DNA from: Verrucomicrobiota bacterium
Lineage (GTDB): Bacteria; Verrucomicrobiota; Verrucomicrobiia; Opitutales; Seribacteraceae
Direction of reading: 5' to 3'
DNA: 64,000 bases
Assembly: GCA_027622665.1 (NCBI GenBank)
Contig: JAQBYT010000002.1
Span: forward strand, 224,001 to 288,000
The notes beneath the pieces were generated by a model that had not been told where the DNA came from, ran no database searches, and saw only the letters and a program-made list of their open reading frames with translations. Of the stretch, positions 1 to 11,068 are shown one piece after another. Position 1 is the first letter of the stretch, and each line of letters begins with the position of its first letter. A program made the position numbers and the translations under genes.

Positions 1-2915
1 ACGATAATTTCGCCAACCTGCAGGGTAGCCTCGACGAGGTCGCCCTCTACGACCGCGCCCTGACTCCCGAAGAAGTAAGCGCTCATTTCAAGGCGGTGAA
101 ACTTGCTCCGGCACCGAAAAAACAAGCGAGCAGGGCCTCTGCGCCCATGACTCCGGAAAACGGGCTGAAAGCCATCCACTTGCCGAAGGGATACAAGGTG
201 CAACTGGTGGCCGCCGAGCCTTTGGTCAAGGATCCCGTGGCCATCGATTGGGGTCCGGACGGAAAACTTTGGGTCGCTGAAATGGCTGATTACCCGAGTG
301 GTATAAATGGCAAGGCAGGCGGTCGAATCCGCTTTCTTGAAGATAGCGATACGGACGGGGTCTACGACAAGTCCACCGTATTTCTTGAAGGGGTAAACTT
401 TCCGGCCGGCATAATGAGCTGGCAAAAGGGGGTGCTGGTCGCTGCGGCCCCGGATATTTTTTATGCCGAGGATACCACGGGCGACGGCAAGGCGGACAAG
501 CGCACCGTGCTCTACACCGGATTCAAGCAGGGCAACCAGCAACTACGGGTCAACGGCTTGCGTTGGGGGCTCGACAACTGGGTGCACGCGGCCAACGGGA
601 GTCACCATTCCCGTTACACCGCGGGAATCAAAATCAAGTCGCAAGCCGGCCGCGTCTTTGAACTCGGAGGTTTCGATTTCAGGATCCGGCCTGAGGTGGG
701 ATTGTTGGAACCACTCTCCGGCCCTTCCCAGTTCGGGCGGTCGCGTGATGACTGGGGGAATTGGTTCGGCGTCCAAAACAGCTTCCCGCTCTGGCACTAC
801 GTACTGGAACATCGCTATCTTTCCCGCAATCCGGATTTTGCTCCGCCCGACCCGCGACGCATACTGACCTCGAGTAACCCGCTCGTCTTTCCCGCCAGAC
901 CACCCCAAAAACGCTTTCACAACTTCAAACAGTCCGGACGTTTTACCAGTGCCTGTTCCCCCACGATCTACCGGGACGATCACCTCTTTGATGACGCCGG
1001 CGTTCATGCCTTTACCTGCGAGCCCTTTCACAACCTGGTGCAGCGCGTCGTCCTCAAGCGCGACGGAGAAAGCTTCACCGCCGAACGTGCGGAAACCGAG
1101 GATGAACTGGATTTCTTTGCCTCGGAAGATCGCTGGTGCCGGCCGGTCATGGCGCGCACCGGACCTGACGGAGCCCTCTGGGTCGTCGACATGTACCGCT
1201 ACATGATCGAGCATCCCGAATGGCTCCCTGCAGCAGGCAAAGCCGAAATGAAACCGTTCGAGCGCTCCGGTATGGAGCACGGTCGAATTTATCGGGTGTA
1301 CAAGGAAGACAAACCCCCTCGCGGTATTCCCCGGCTGGATAAGTCGTCCGCTCAGGAACTCGTGACGCATCTCGAAGACAGCAATGGAATCATCCGGGAC
1401 ATGGCTCACCGGTTGCTGGTGCAGAGAAAAGACGTTTCCGTAACCAAGGCATTGGTTGAGATGGCGCAAACCCATGCTTCCGCCAAAGCTCGTCTCCATG
1501 CCCTTTGCGCCCTCGATGGACTGGATCGATTGAGCGCGCCTCTCCTGAAAACAACCTTTCGTGACCCTCATCCGGAAATCCGGCGACATGCCTTGCGTCT
1601 CGCCGAATCACGATGGGGCGGGGAACCCGATCTCCTCAAGGCATCCGTTCACCTCGCTGATGACCCGAATGCCGCAGTCCGCCTGCAGGCTGCCTGCTCC
1701 TGGGGTGAATCAAAGAGTGCGGAAGCCGGCCGCGCGCTCGCCAAGGTGGCGATTCGGGACGCGGGCAACCCCTATATTCTTGCAGCCGCGTTCAGTTCGG
1801 CCGGACCTCACTTTGACCGTCTCGCCCAGGCCGCCCTCGAGCATGGTGTGCTTATTGATGAAATCCTGAAGCTGGGAGCCCGGCGCAAGACCTCGCTGGA
1901 CGCCCTTCTTGCCGGCTTGATGAAACCGGGTAAGGACGGGTATGAACCTGAACAGTTTCGTTCTCTCGGGGGCTGGCTGAATCACCACCCCAAGGTCTCT
2001 CCCGAGATGGTCAAAGTAATGGCCAAGGCCAGGGAAGTCGTTGCCGACGGCACTGCTCCTTCGCCCTTGCGGGTTGCGGCGGTCGGACTGCTTGCCCGAC
2101 AGCCCGAAAGCCTGGGAGCGGACAAGCGCCGCTTGGCTGATCTTTTGACCCCACAGGTGGCGAGCGAGATCAAGTTGGCCGCCGTGCAGACGTTGGCCAG
2201 GGTGGGGGACGACGGGCTCCCCGACACCTTGCTCAAGGGTTGGCCCGGTTATCTTCCGCGGGAACGCTCCCGGGTCCTGGATACCCTGCTGCAGCGCAAG
2301 GAGTGGACTCGCGCTTGCCTGAAGGCCATCGAAGCAGGCGCAGTGGGCCGGGGCGATCTCGATGCCACCCGCCGTCAATTGCTGCTCAAGCATGCGGATC
2401 CATCCATTCGGAAAACTGCGGCTCGCATACTGAATTCCGGTCCGCGGAAAACGCGGCGGGAACAGATCGAGGCCTACCGCTCCGCCTTGAAACTACCCGC
2501 GGACGAAAAGCGGGGGAGGGCCGTGTTCGATAAACTGTGCGCAGTCTGCCACCTTCCACCGAAGGGACAACCCATGAACGGCCCCGATCTGCGTTCCATC
2601 ACCGACCGGACCAAGGAGGGACTCTTTAGCTCGATCCTGGATCCCAATCAGACGGTCGATGCCTCCTATGCCGGTTATTTCGTCACCCTTGCCGATAGCG
2701 CCGCTCTTTACGGACGGGTGTTGTCCGAGACTTCCAACAACCTGGTCCTTCGCCTCCTTGACGGCAACGATCGGCAACTGCTCCGCCGCGAAATCAAAAC
2801 GCTCCGAAACAGTGGCCTTTCCCTCATGCCGGAAGGCCTCGAGGCCGGGATGAATCACCAGGAACTTGCGGACCTCATTCGTTTCGTGCAGATGTTCGAA
2901 CGAGACGACAAGTAA
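1..2915 (+). CDS. PVC-type haem-binding CxxCH protein (glucose/sorbosone-dehydrogenase-like propeller + HEAT-like repeats + C-terminal cytochrome c) with upstream LamG-like domain; 5' end outside window
   Basis: Frame is open from base 3 (DNFANLQGSLDEVALYDRALTPEEV resembles a LamG/ConA C-terminus); AAEPLVKDPVAIDWGPDGKLWVAEM, LEDSDTDGVYDK, GPDGALWVVDMYR, C-terminal CAVCH, GPDL and SLMPEGLE motifs. Confidence 0.88.
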   Translation, partial: DNFANLQGSLDEVALYDRALTPEEVSAHFKAVKLAPAPKKQASRASAPMTPENGLKAIHLPKGYKVQLVAAEPLVKDPVAIDWGPDGKLWVAEMADYPSGINGKAGGRIRFLEDSDTDGVYDKSTVFLEGVNFPAGIMSWQKGVLVAAAPDIFYAEDTTGDGKADKRTVLYTGFKQGNQQLRVNGLRWGLDNWVHAANGSHHSRYTAGIKIKSQAGRVFELGGFDFRIRPEVGLLEPLSGPSQFGRSRDDWGNWFGVQNSFPLWHYVLEHRYLSRNPDFAPPDPRRILTSSNPLVFPARPPQKRFHNFKQSGRFTSACSPTIYRDDHLFDDAGVHAFTCEPFHNLVQRVVLKRDGESFTAERAETEDELDFFASEDRWCRPVMARTGPDGALWVVDMYRYMIEHPEWLPAAGKAEMKPFERSGMEHGRIYRVYKEDKPPRGIPRLDKSSAQELVTHLEDSNGIIRDMAHRLLVQRKDVSVTKALVEMAQTHASAKARLHALCALDGLDRLSAPLLKTTFRDPHPEIRRHALRLAESRWGGEPDLLKASVHLADDPNAAVRLQAACSWGESKSAEAGRALAKVAIRDAGNPYILAAAFSSAGPHFDRLAQAALEHGVLIDEILKLGARRKTSLDALLAGLMKPGKDGYEPEQFRSLGGWLNHHPKVSPEMVKVMAKAREVVADGTAPSPLRVAAVGLLARQPESLGADKRRLADLLTPQVASEIKLAAVQTLARVGDDGLPDTLLKGWPGYLPRERSRVLDTLLQRKEWTRACLKAIEAGAVGRGDLDATRRQLLLKHADPSIRKTAARILNSGPRKTRREQIEAYRSALKLPADEKRGRAVFDKLCAVCHLPPKGQPMNGPDLRSITDRTKEGLFSSILDPNQTVDASYAGYFVTLADSAALYGRVLSETSNNLVLRLLDGNDRQLLRREIKTLRNSGLSLMPEGLEAGMNHQELADLIRFVQMFERDDK

Positions 2916-3026
2916 TGCCCCATTTTTTCGTCGCTAGCCTTCAACGCAAATGTTTCGTTTGGAGAAAGGGTTTGATTGTCATTATTGGGGATATTCCTAC
3001 TGTAATCACCGACAATCACTTACAGT

Positions 3027-5537
3027 ATGACCACTTGGTTTAGGTTTCTTTCGGTTTTGATCCCCTTCTTTCTTTGGGTTGGGGTAGGGCTTTTTGCCGC
3101 TCCGTTTGCCATGCCCGAGAAAGTGGATGACCTGATGGCGAATTATTGTTTCGATTGCCACGACGATGAGACTAGGAAGGGTGAGGTCCGGTTGGATAAC
3201 CTGGCGACCTTGGCCCTTAAAGACCGGCTGGATTTGTTGAACCGGGTGCAGGAGCAAATTTTCATCAAGGAGATGCCGCCCCGAAAAAAGAAAACGCAGC
3301 CCAGTGATAAGGAACGGCAGCAGTTATTTGAATGGATGTCCGCAGAGCTCCGTAAGCACAACGCCTCCAAGCTGGAGGAAAAGTTGCGTTATCCCGGTTA
3401 CGGGAATTATTTGGATCACCAAAAACTCTTCAGCGGGGAGATAAAGGACAAACCTTTCTCGCCCTCCCGGCGATGGCTTGTCAGTCCGAGGATTTTTCAT
3501 GAGAGGGTGATGAACGTTCTCCGGTTGACTGACCATGAAAGAAGAGGTTTTTCGACCCTTCAGTTTGATGGAGTGAAGAACCCTTTCATGTTACCCGAAC
3601 GTTCGGGGGTTCGTGATTATGACGTCACGACCCTTGATGGCGGGCATTTGCTGGTGATGTTGAGCAATGCCAAATGGATAGCGGGCAAACAACTTTTTTC
3701 CGCCAGGCTCAAGACTCCGCAAAAAGAAGATCTGCTCAAAGCGTTGAGTGCGAAGGATCGCTGGTATCCCGAAGTTACGCCCGAGGCTTTCGAGAGAATC
3801 GTCCTCAAGGCAGAACTGCCAACGAACGAGGAAATGAATGCTGCGGTGGAGGAACAGTTCGATTGCGTTTTGATGCGCCGGCCGACGAAGGAGGAGCTCG
3901 CCAAATACGTCGATCTGTTGCGATCGTCCATTGCGCTGGCTGGAAATTCCGAAGGGTTGCGGCAAATGCTCTTTGCCGTGTTGCTCGAGTCGGATTTTCT
4001 TTATCGCATGGAATTGGGAGGAGGCGAACCCGACGAGTTCGGGCGGCACAAGCTCACCCCGCAAGAAGGCAGTCTGGCGATAGCCTACGCCTTGGGCGAC
4101 CGCAGTCCCGACCCCGAACTAACGAAGGCCGTCGAGGAGGGACGTTTCGAATCCAAGGACGACTACCGGCGCGAAGTGGAGCGTCTCCTGGCCGACGAAA
4201 ACTATTACAAAGGACCCGTAGACCATAAGATCAGCGGTAAGAACATGCGTTCCCACGAAACGTCGCACCCCAAGATCGTTCGTTTCTTTCGTGAATTCTT
4301 CGGGTATCCGAAGGCAGCCAAGATTTTCAAGGATATCGAGCGTAGCGACGGCTACTACCAGAACCCCGGGCGCGGCACATTGGGCACCCCCGGGTTCCTG
4401 ATCAAGGAAGCCGACCGCGTGGTGGATTGGTATCTGAAGAAGGACAAAAACGTTTTCGAAAACCTGCTGACCACCGAAGAGTTTTTCGTTTACCACGACA
4501 AAGACAACGAAACGGGTCGCAAGATCATTGCCGAATGGACTCAAGCGTACGAGAGACTCAAGGACACGGAGTGGAAGCAAAACCCTGAGAAGGTCATTGA
4601 GGAGAATCTGGATTATCTAAAGACCAAGAAATCCGTTCGTGTTTCGGGCGCGAAATCCAAGCGCGAATTTATGCGCCACATGCATTTCTGGGGGGAAACA
4701 ATCGGTAAGGGGCGCACGCCGTTTACCACACCTTCTTTTGCGCATGGCTATACCTATAATCATTCGGTGTTTTACAGCCTGCCGCCCACGCCAAATCCTT
4801 TCCGTTACGGGGGAGTAGAGAACAAAAACCACAAGGGCCTGGACGATGTGGAGTTCTGGGACTACCCCGTTGAGCAACCCTTCGAGATTTCGCAGCGCAA
4901 AGGATTGCTTACTCACCCCGCTTGGCTGATTGCCCACTCCTCTAATTTTCATACCGACCCGATCAAGCGCGGACGTTGGATCCGGGAAAAACTTCTCGCC
5001 GGAAGCGTACCCGACGTGCCCATCACCGTTGACGCTCAAGTACCCGAGGATCCCCACAAAACGCTGCGCGGGCGCGTCGAGTCGGTTACGGGACAAGCCG
5101 AATGCCGGAAATGTCATGAGCGGATGAACCCGCTTGGTTTTCCATTCGAGGTGTTCGACGACTTCGGGCGCTATCGCCTTGAGGAGCCCTTGGAATATGA
5201 GGAACAGCTCCTGGCCAAGGCAAAGAAGAAAAACGGAGCCAACCTCTATAAAACCAAATCCGTCAGCACCTTGGGAGCGTTGCGGGGCACCGGTGATTCG
5301 AAACTGGACGGCGAAGTCTCCGACGCCTTTGATTTGATCGACAGGTTGGCCAAGTCGACCCGTGTCCGACAGTCGATCATCCGTCATGCGTTTCGTTTTT
5401 ATATGGGACGCAACGAATTCATGTCTGACTCGCAAACCCTCATTGACGCCGATCAGGCCTACCTGCGCAGCGGAGGAAGTTTCAAAGAGGTCATCATTTC
5501 CCTTTTAACCTCCGACTCCTTCAGGTACCGTAAATAA
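3027..5537 (+). CDS. DUF1588-type secreted di-haem protein (planctomycete cytochrome c + PSD/PSCyt3 domains)
   Basis: Signal-like N-terminus; CFDCH...EMPP; GLLTHPAWL...TDPIKRGRWIREKLL; CRKCHERMNPLGFPFEVFDDFGRYR; C-terminal SDSFRYRK. Confidence 0.88.
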   Translation: MTTWFRFLSVLIPFFLWVGVGLFAAPFAMPEKVDDLMANYCFDCHDDETRKGEVRLDNLATLALKDRLDLLNRVQEQIFIKEMPPRKKKTQPSDKERQQLFEWMSAELRKHNASKLEEKLRYPGYGNYLDHQKLFSGEIKDKPFSPSRRWLVSPRIFHERVMNVLRLTDHERRGFSTLQFDGVKNPFMLPERSGVRDYDVTTLDGGHLLVMLSNAKWIAGKQLFSARLKTPQKEDLLKALSAKDRWYPEVTPEAFERIVLKAELPTNEEMNAAVEEQFDCVLMRRPTKEELAKYVDLLRSSIALAGNSEGLRQMLFAVLLESDFLYRMELGGGEPDEFGRHKLTPQEGSLAIAYALGDRSPDPELTKAVEEGRFESKDDYRREVERLLADENYYKGPVDHKISGKNMRSHETSHPKIVRFFREFFGYPKAAKIFKDIERSDGYYQNPGRGTLGTPGFLIKEADRVVDWYLKKDKNVFENLLTTEEFFVYHDKDNETGRKIIAEWTQAYERLKDTEWKQNPEKVIEENLDYLKTKKSVRVSGAKSKREFMRHMHFWGETIGKGRTPFTTPSFAHGYTYNHSVFYSLPPTPNPFRYGGVENKNHKGLDDVEFWDYPVEQPFEISQRKGLLTHPAWLIAHSSNFHTDPIKRGRWIREKLLAGSVPDVPITVDAQVPEDPHKTLRGRVESVTGQAECRKCHERMNPLGFPFEVFDDFGRYRLEEPLEYEEQLLAKAKKKNGANLYKTKSVSTLGALRGTGDSKLDGEVSDAFDLIDRLAKSTRVRQSIIRHAFRFYMGRNEFMSDSQTLIDADQAYLRSGGSFKEVIISLLTSDSFRYRK

Positions 5538-5550
5538 CTGAGCATTCACT

Positions 5551-6951
5551 ATGAACACACGCAGAGATTTCCTTAAGCAGTCCCTCCTCGGAGCCAGCGC
5601 CTTGGCGTTTGCAAATGGTTCCCCGTTGGCTGCCGACCCCGCCAAGCCTCCCACCCGCTTCATTTTCATGCACCGGGGCAACGGTCTTTGGCCCCGGGTA
5701 ATGGTGCCGCCCGGTCTTGATGAGAAAACCCTCGAAAAGGAAAAGCGCAAGGAGCCCTTCCAATTCGACCTTGATTCGCACGACCTTCCCGGATGGATGG
5801 ATCCCCTCTCCGCTCACAAGGAAAACCTCACCATCCTGCAAGGTCTCTCCGGCAAGATGTGCACGACGGGCCATCATTCCTGGTGTTCCTCGTTGGGTGT
5901 GTTCAAGGCCAACGAACGTCCCAGCTCCATCAAGTGGGCCACCGTCGACTTCGAGTTGGCCAAACTCTTTCCCTCTCCCGCCGAGCATATCGAGCTGGCC
6001 TGTTTCCCTCTCGGAGGGGGCAATGCGCGTGGCACTCTGGACGACGTGGCTACCGGTTTTTCGGCCCGTGGTCCGCAGCAGCCCAATTATGCCTTTGGCT
6101 CGCCCCGTGTCGCCATGGATGAACTGTTCAAGTCCGTTTCAACGGAACAGTCCGCCAAGACTCAATACCAACTGGACCGCAAGGTTCTGGAGTTCGTCGC
6201 CAAGAACGAAGGCGCTGCTGCGGGATCTCTTGGCGGTTTTGAGAAAGCCAAGGTCAGCAATTATGCCGATTCGGTGGAAGCGATCCGCGAACGCAACCGC
6301 AAGATCGACGCCATGTCCGACGTCATCCGTCGTCACGTGCCAAAACTTGATCCGAAATACCTCGATCCCGACATGACGACCATAGACCGTCAGGTTGGCC
6401 ACACCGAGGTATTGCTGGGCACCCTGATTTCGGGCCTTACCAACGTCGTAGCCTTTACCGTCGATGAGTTGGGTCACAGTTATACGGGAATCCCCGGAAT
6501 CGAGGGCGAAAAAGTCAACATGCACGATGTTGGCCACAACAAGGTGATCGGCGGTCTCAAGGCGGAGACCATCCGTGAACTGGCCCGTACCCATCACATG
6601 ACTCTCGTCGATCGAATCGTTACCCGTCTCAAGAGTGTGCCGGAAGCCGGAGGAACGATGTTCGACAACACCATGATATTCTATTTTCCCGACGGTGGCG
6701 AAACCCACCATTCCCATGGAACCGAGTATCCCTTCGTCGTTCTGGCCGGTGACAACACGCGCGTCGACTTGCGCCGCCAATACGTCCGCTTGCCCAATTA
6801 CGGGCAAGCCGGTCACAAGACCTTGGGCAACTGGTATACCACGCTCTTGAACGCCTATGGCAACCCGGTCGAGCACTATGGAGCGCTTGATACCGGCTTG
6901 ACTAAATTCGGGCACGATCAAACCGGCCCGATCAAACAGTTTTGGTCCTAA
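5551..6951 (+). CDS. DUF1552 (HXXSHH) family protein with Tat signal
   Basis: MNTRRDFLK twin-arginine motif; HDVGHN variant of HXXSHH; RLKSVPEAGGTMFDNT; 13 nt after the DUF1588 partner. Confidence 0.88.
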   Translation: MNTRRDFLKQSLLGASALAFANGSPLAADPAKPPTRFIFMHRGNGLWPRVMVPPGLDEKTLEKEKRKEPFQFDLDSHDLPGWMDPLSAHKENLTILQGLSGKMCTTGHHSWCSSLGVFKANERPSSIKWATVDFELAKLFPSPAEHIELACFPLGGGNARGTLDDVATGFSARGPQQPNYAFGSPRVAMDELFKSVSTEQSAKTQYQLDRKVLEFVAKNEGAAAGSLGGFEKAKVSNYADSVEAIRERNRKIDAMSDVIRRHVPKLDPKYLDPDMTTIDRQVGHTEVLLGTLISGLTNVVAFTVDELGHSYTGIPGIEGEKVNMHDVGHNKVIGGLKAETIRELARTHHMTLVDRIVTRLKSVPEAGGTMFDNTMIFYFPDGGETHHSHGTEYPFVVLAGDNTRVDLRRQYVRLPNYGQAGHKTLGNWYTTLLNAYGNPVEHYGALDTGLTKFGHDQTGPIKQFWS

Positions 6952-7034
6952 GCAAATCGCTTGTTTTTAACCAGTCTCCATACGATGTTAAAAATAAACG
7001 CTACTCATCCGTAGCCCGATCAGTCTGCAAGCGC

Positions 7035-8312
7035 CTAAACCATGTTCAATCCACGCATGGTGGTAGAGCCTGTTCCAAACCGGTCTACATCCAATCCAAG
7101 TTGCTGAAGCATTGACACGTAGAGATTAGGTAATGGGTAGTTGTCCTTTTTATCGAACGCCAAATGCTTACCGTGATCAAATCCACCGCCAGCGAGCACA
7201 ATGGGCATGTTCTTGGTGTCATGGTTGCTCGCATTGCCCAAATTGGAACCAAACAACACCATGGTGGAATCCAGCAGAGACCCGCCCGGTTCCGTGCTTT
7301 CGTCGAGTTTCTTCAAAAACGCCGCGAACTCACTAACCACTGCCGATTCAACAATGGTCAGCTGCTCTATTTTTGCGGGATCCTTCGCGTGGTGCGAAAG
7401 GTTGTGATAGTCGATGTCGACCCCCGGAATGACAGGCACCGAGTTCATGCCTGGAAAATTACAGGTAATGAATCGCGTCGAATCGGACTGGATAGCAAGA
7501 TGCATGACGTCGTATAGCAGGCGCATACGCTCAATCATTTCTTTAGAGTCGGTCTGATCCACTGGAGCCTTGGCCTCGACTTTGGGCTTCGGCTTGAGTT
7601 CCCAGGCTTCGGCCTTATGCAGTCGGCGTTCTGCCTCACGGACAGCCTCGAAGTATTGGTCCAACTTTTCCTTGTCGCGGCCGCTCAGTCGACGCTGCAT
7701 CCTGTTGGTCTTTTCCATGACAACATCCAGCACGCTCTGGCCATCTTTCAACCGCTGCATACGATGGGTCACCTCCTTTGCGGTGCCTTTGATAAATAGC
7801 TTTCTATAGACATGTGACGGACGTGTTAGTGTGGGGATCTCAACTCCCGAACGAGACCAGGAAAGCCCGGGACCTGTATTGCTGAGCGAGAGTGAGGCAA
7901 AACGAGTCTCTGTCCCGAGTTTTGCAGCAGCAAACTGATCGAGAGAAATTGAGTTACGGAAACCGGCGCTATTGGGATGGGGCGCGCAGGTCAGATAGGA
8001 CTTATAGGAAAGGTGTCCACCACCCACCTCCGGGTGGGAAACCCCTGACATTACAGTAAACTGCTCGCGGAAATCGCCAAGAATTTTGATATAGGTCGGT
8101 AATTCGAAACCACGCCCCGCCGTTTCCGGAATCATATTGGGCGCATGCAACCCCAAACCGATATTAATGGCCACCATTCGCTTGCGTCGACCGCCTGCTG
8201 CAGCAGACGCAGCAGCGGCGGCCTTATCTGGATGCAACGATTCGAGTGCCGGCAGCGCCAGGGCTACTCCGGTACCGCGGAGAAAGGATCTACGCGTCGT
8301 CACTTCATTCAT
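7035..8312 (-). CDS. DUF1552 (HXXSHH) family protein with Tat signal
   Basis: TTRRSFLRGTGVALALPALES; SISLDQ; YHNLSHH; SLLDSTMVLFGSNLG...H...NMP. Confidence 0.92.
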   Translation of the reverse strand: MNEVTTRRSFLRGTGVALALPALESLHPDKAAAAASAAAGGRRKRMVAINIGLGLHAPNMIPETAGRGFELPTYIKILGDFREQFTVMSGVSHPEVGGGHLSYKSYLTCAPHPNSAGFRNSISLDQFAAAKLGTETRFASLSLSNTGPGLSWSRSGVEIPTLTRPSHVYRKLFIKGTAKEVTHRMQRLKDGQSVLDVVMEKTNRMQRRLSGRDKEKLDQYFEAVREAERRLHKAEAWELKPKPKVEAKAPVDQTDSKEMIERMRLLYDVMHLAIQSDSTRFITCNFPGMNSVPVIPGVDIDYHNLSHHAKDPAKIEQLTIVESAVVSEFAAFLKKLDESTEPGGSLLDSTMVLFGSNLGNASNHDTKNMPIVLAGGGFDHGKHLAFDKKDNYPLPNLYVSMLQQLGLDVDRFGTGSTTMRGLNMV

Positions 8313-10672
8313 GGTTTTCTCAACAGTTCACTCTGCGCCACAGCATGGATCAATGAACGGAATCCGTAACCCTGATTACGCGAATTATTTACAATCACTT
8401 CGACCCTTATCCGATCCGCGAAGCCAATCTTGCGACCGGTAGCGTAGGTCAACAACTTCACCGTGAGGTTGCGTGCAAGTTGGTCCGGATCGTGGGCGAG
8501 AAGTTTCTTGAAATCACGGATATCTGTGAACTGCTCACCGTTGGACATTCTGCCTGTCGCATCTACCGGCAAGCCAATACGAAAACGAACCCATTTCCAG
8601 GTAAACGGAGCCTGATATATTCCCGGTCGCTCGCCGCTTTCTGCCATGGTTCGGTAACGTGCGCGGAATCCTCCAATGGGATCGAAGCACTCCAGCGCAA
8701 AGCCAGGCGGGTCTATCTTGCGATGACAGGCTGAGCAGGATTTCGCCTCTCGATGTTTGGCGAGCTCCTGGCGCAATGTTGTCGCGCCGCGAGTATCAGG
8801 CTCCACCGAGCCAACGTTGTCGGGTGGCGGAGAAGTTGGTGTGCCAAGGATGTTTTCCAACACCCAGACCCCACGCAGGACCGGGGATGTGTAGGTCCCA
8901 TTGGCGGTGACCTTGAGGATACTCGCCTGCGTTAACAGCCCACCGCGCATGCTGTCTGGCGGCAGCTTTACTCTGCGGAATTTCTGTCCGACTACCCCTT
9001 CGATGCCATAGTGACTGGCAAGCCTGCCATTGAGGTAGGTAAAACCAGATTCAATAAAATTCAGCAACGATAGATCCTTGTCGAGGATCTCCTGGAAGAA
9101 TAATTCCGTTTCGCTGACCATTGAAAGTCGAAGTAACTCGTCAAACTCAGGATACAGATTGGCGTCAGGTTCTGTAAAATTGATGTGGCGCAAATCCAAC
9201 CACTGACCCGTGAAATTCTTCGTAAACGCTTTTGCTTTGGGATCGCCTAACATTCGCTCAATCTGAATCTTGATGACGCTGGGGTCTGATAATGCCCCCG
9301 TTCCTGCCAGTTTAAGCAGTTCACGATCAGGTGTCGAACTCCACAGAAAGTACGCAAGTCTGGAAGCAAACGCATACGCCCCAATCTTCTCGCCTCCCGG
9401 CTCATCAAGAAACAAGAACTCCGGTGAGCAGAGGATGGCCTTCAGACTCACTCGCAAGGCTTCTTTAAACTGATTTCCCGCAGTAATCGATTCTTGAAAG
9501 ATCTTCAAGTATGGTGCGACCTCCTCCGAAGTAACCAGTCGACGAAATGCGTCCGGCAGAATTCTGACGATGACCTCCTTAGCCTCTTTGACGGTGGCAG
9601 TTTCGGGATCTACATCACCGAAAAGATAGGCGCGACTAGGGGGGGGCCACGCATCGATTGGACCTTCAATGACGATATCACCGATCTCGATTCCAGGCTC
9701 TGGATAGGTGTCGGCATCTTTCCGGGTGTCTTTAGTGTTGTAGCATTTCGGCTGAAAGGTTCCACCATCCTGCACTAACTGATCAACAAACTCGATGGTC
9801 GTCCACTTGTCGGGTGGCACATCGTAGTATCCTACCAGGTGCCGCTCTCGCCGATTTACGATTGTATCACCAGCGTAGATGCGCAACGTGACCGGTTTGT
9901 CACTTTGGACAGCCCTGACACGCATGGTTCCTCGGTAGGTCCCTGCAGGCGCCTGCAAGCGGGCAAAATTCACCAGATTAGTCGGACAGTACCCCGATTG
10001 AAAAATCACCAACCCGTCATCGGTTACCCGGAACATCTTGCCAAACTGGCCGTCGGTCGGTCTGCCTTTCCAATCCACTTGCTTGAGTAGATTCGTTTCG
10101 TGGCGGATGAATTTGGGTTTGGTAGGTTCGCCAAATACGGCGTCCAATACAGAGTCTGCCGCATCAAGATATGCCTGCATGGCCTCTGCGGAAACCGCTA
10201 GCCCTTCACCGACAGTGTCAAATCCATCTGTGGATGTATCCTCAGGTAGTCCAGTTATCTGAACATCGGTCTGAAACAAATCACGCACCGTGTTCTCATA
10301 TTCCCGCCTGTTGAGACGGCGTAAAACCACTCCTGCCCGTTGGTTCTCTGCATCGCAGATGGATTCAGCCAGCAGGCGCTGAATTTTCTGAGAACTGGTC
10401 GCATCCGGTCGGGGTTTCTTTGCAGGCGGCATCTCACCCGAGGCGATACGGTCATGAACGAGAATCCAGCGCCGAGTATTTTCTTCATCACTCAAATCGA
10501 AATCGAGTTCGTAAAGGTCTATCCCCCCGTCGGCATCAGGGCCGTCATGGCAATCCGAACAGTGCTTCTTCACAAACTTTTCAATTTGGTTCGGCAATGG
10601 AGTCTGCGCCTGCACAGTCGAGGGCATCCACATACCCAGAACGATTGCGATTGCCGCGTTACAATAGACCAT
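8309..10672 (-). CDS. DUF1592/DUF1588 (PSCyt1-PSD3-PSD5-PSD4-PSCyt3-PSD2) di-haem protein
   Basis: CSDCH...GEMPP; RRLNRREYENTVRDL; ASRLAYFLWSSTPD; FTGQWL; RGGLLTQASIL; CSACH. ATG at 10672 preferred over GTG at 10702; stop overlaps the DUF1552 start (ATGA). Confidence 0.92.
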   Translation of the reverse strand: MVYCNAAIAIVLGMWMPSTVQAQTPLPNQIEKFVKKHCSDCHDGPDADGGIDLYELDFDLSDEENTRRWILVHDRIASGEMPPAKKPRPDATSSQKIQRLLAESICDAENQRAGVVLRRLNRREYENTVRDLFQTDVQITGLPEDTSTDGFDTVGEGLAVSAEAMQAYLDAADSVLDAVFGEPTKPKFIRHETNLLKQVDWKGRPTDGQFGKMFRVTDDGLVIFQSGYCPTNLVNFARLQAPAGTYRGTMRVRAVQSDKPVTLRIYAGDTIVNRRERHLVGYYDVPPDKWTTIEFVDQLVQDGGTFQPKCYNTKDTRKDADTYPEPGIEIGDIVIEGPIDAWPPPSRAYLFGDVDPETATVKEAKEVIVRILPDAFRRLVTSEEVAPYLKIFQESITAGNQFKEALRVSLKAILCSPEFLFLDEPGGEKIGAYAFASRLAYFLWSSTPDRELLKLAGTGALSDPSVIKIQIERMLGDPKAKAFTKNFTGQWLDLRHINFTEPDANLYPEFDELLRLSMVSETELFFQEILDKDLSLLNFIESGFTYLNGRLASHYGIEGVVGQKFRRVKLPPDSMRGGLLTQASILKVTANGTYTSPVLRGVWVLENILGTPTSPPPDNVGSVEPDTRGATTLRQELAKHREAKSCSACHRKIDPPGFALECFDPIGGFRARYRTMAESGERPGIYQAPFTWKWVRFRIGLPVDATGRMSNGEQFTDIRDFKKLLAHDPDQLARNLTVKLLTYATGRKIGFADRIRVEVIVNNSRNQGYGFRSLIHAVAQSELLRKP

Positions 10673-10957
10673 GAGTGATTCTTGACTGGTTCCACACACC
10701 ACGTCAATGCCTCTAGAATGAGGTCCTACCCGGATTTCAGGGGATTCGTAGGCTAGGATCGCATCCGCGGGGATCGCGACCCTTTAATAGGGTATGGAAC
10801 AGCCATGGGACGTCTCTGATGTGAAGCTGGATGTGTCGGCGGCGGGGAGGGGGAGGTGTTTCTCGAGCAAGACGCCGGCCGCGCGTGGTGCGGCAAATCG
10901 ATGCGCCGTGGGTCTATCCCGGCGGGAGTTTTACTCAGGCTACTTGATTTCCTCAAG

Positions 10958-11068
10958 GGCCTCGACAACTTCGGCGAAGCATGGAGCATTGCGTCCGTGT
11001 ATCTCCAGCGTTACTTGGAAGCGGCTCAGTTGGTGTTCGACAACTCGATCGCCTTGTTTGAAAAGCCC
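10958..11068 (+). pseudogene. Remnant of the PSD3 (DUF1587) segment of a DUF1592-type gene
   Basis: GLDNFGEAWSIASVYLQRYLEAAQLVFDNSIALFEKP aligns by eye with GFDTVGEGLAVSAEAMQAYLDAADSVLDAVFGEPTKP of the neighbouring gene; no flanking domains. Confidence 0.6.
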
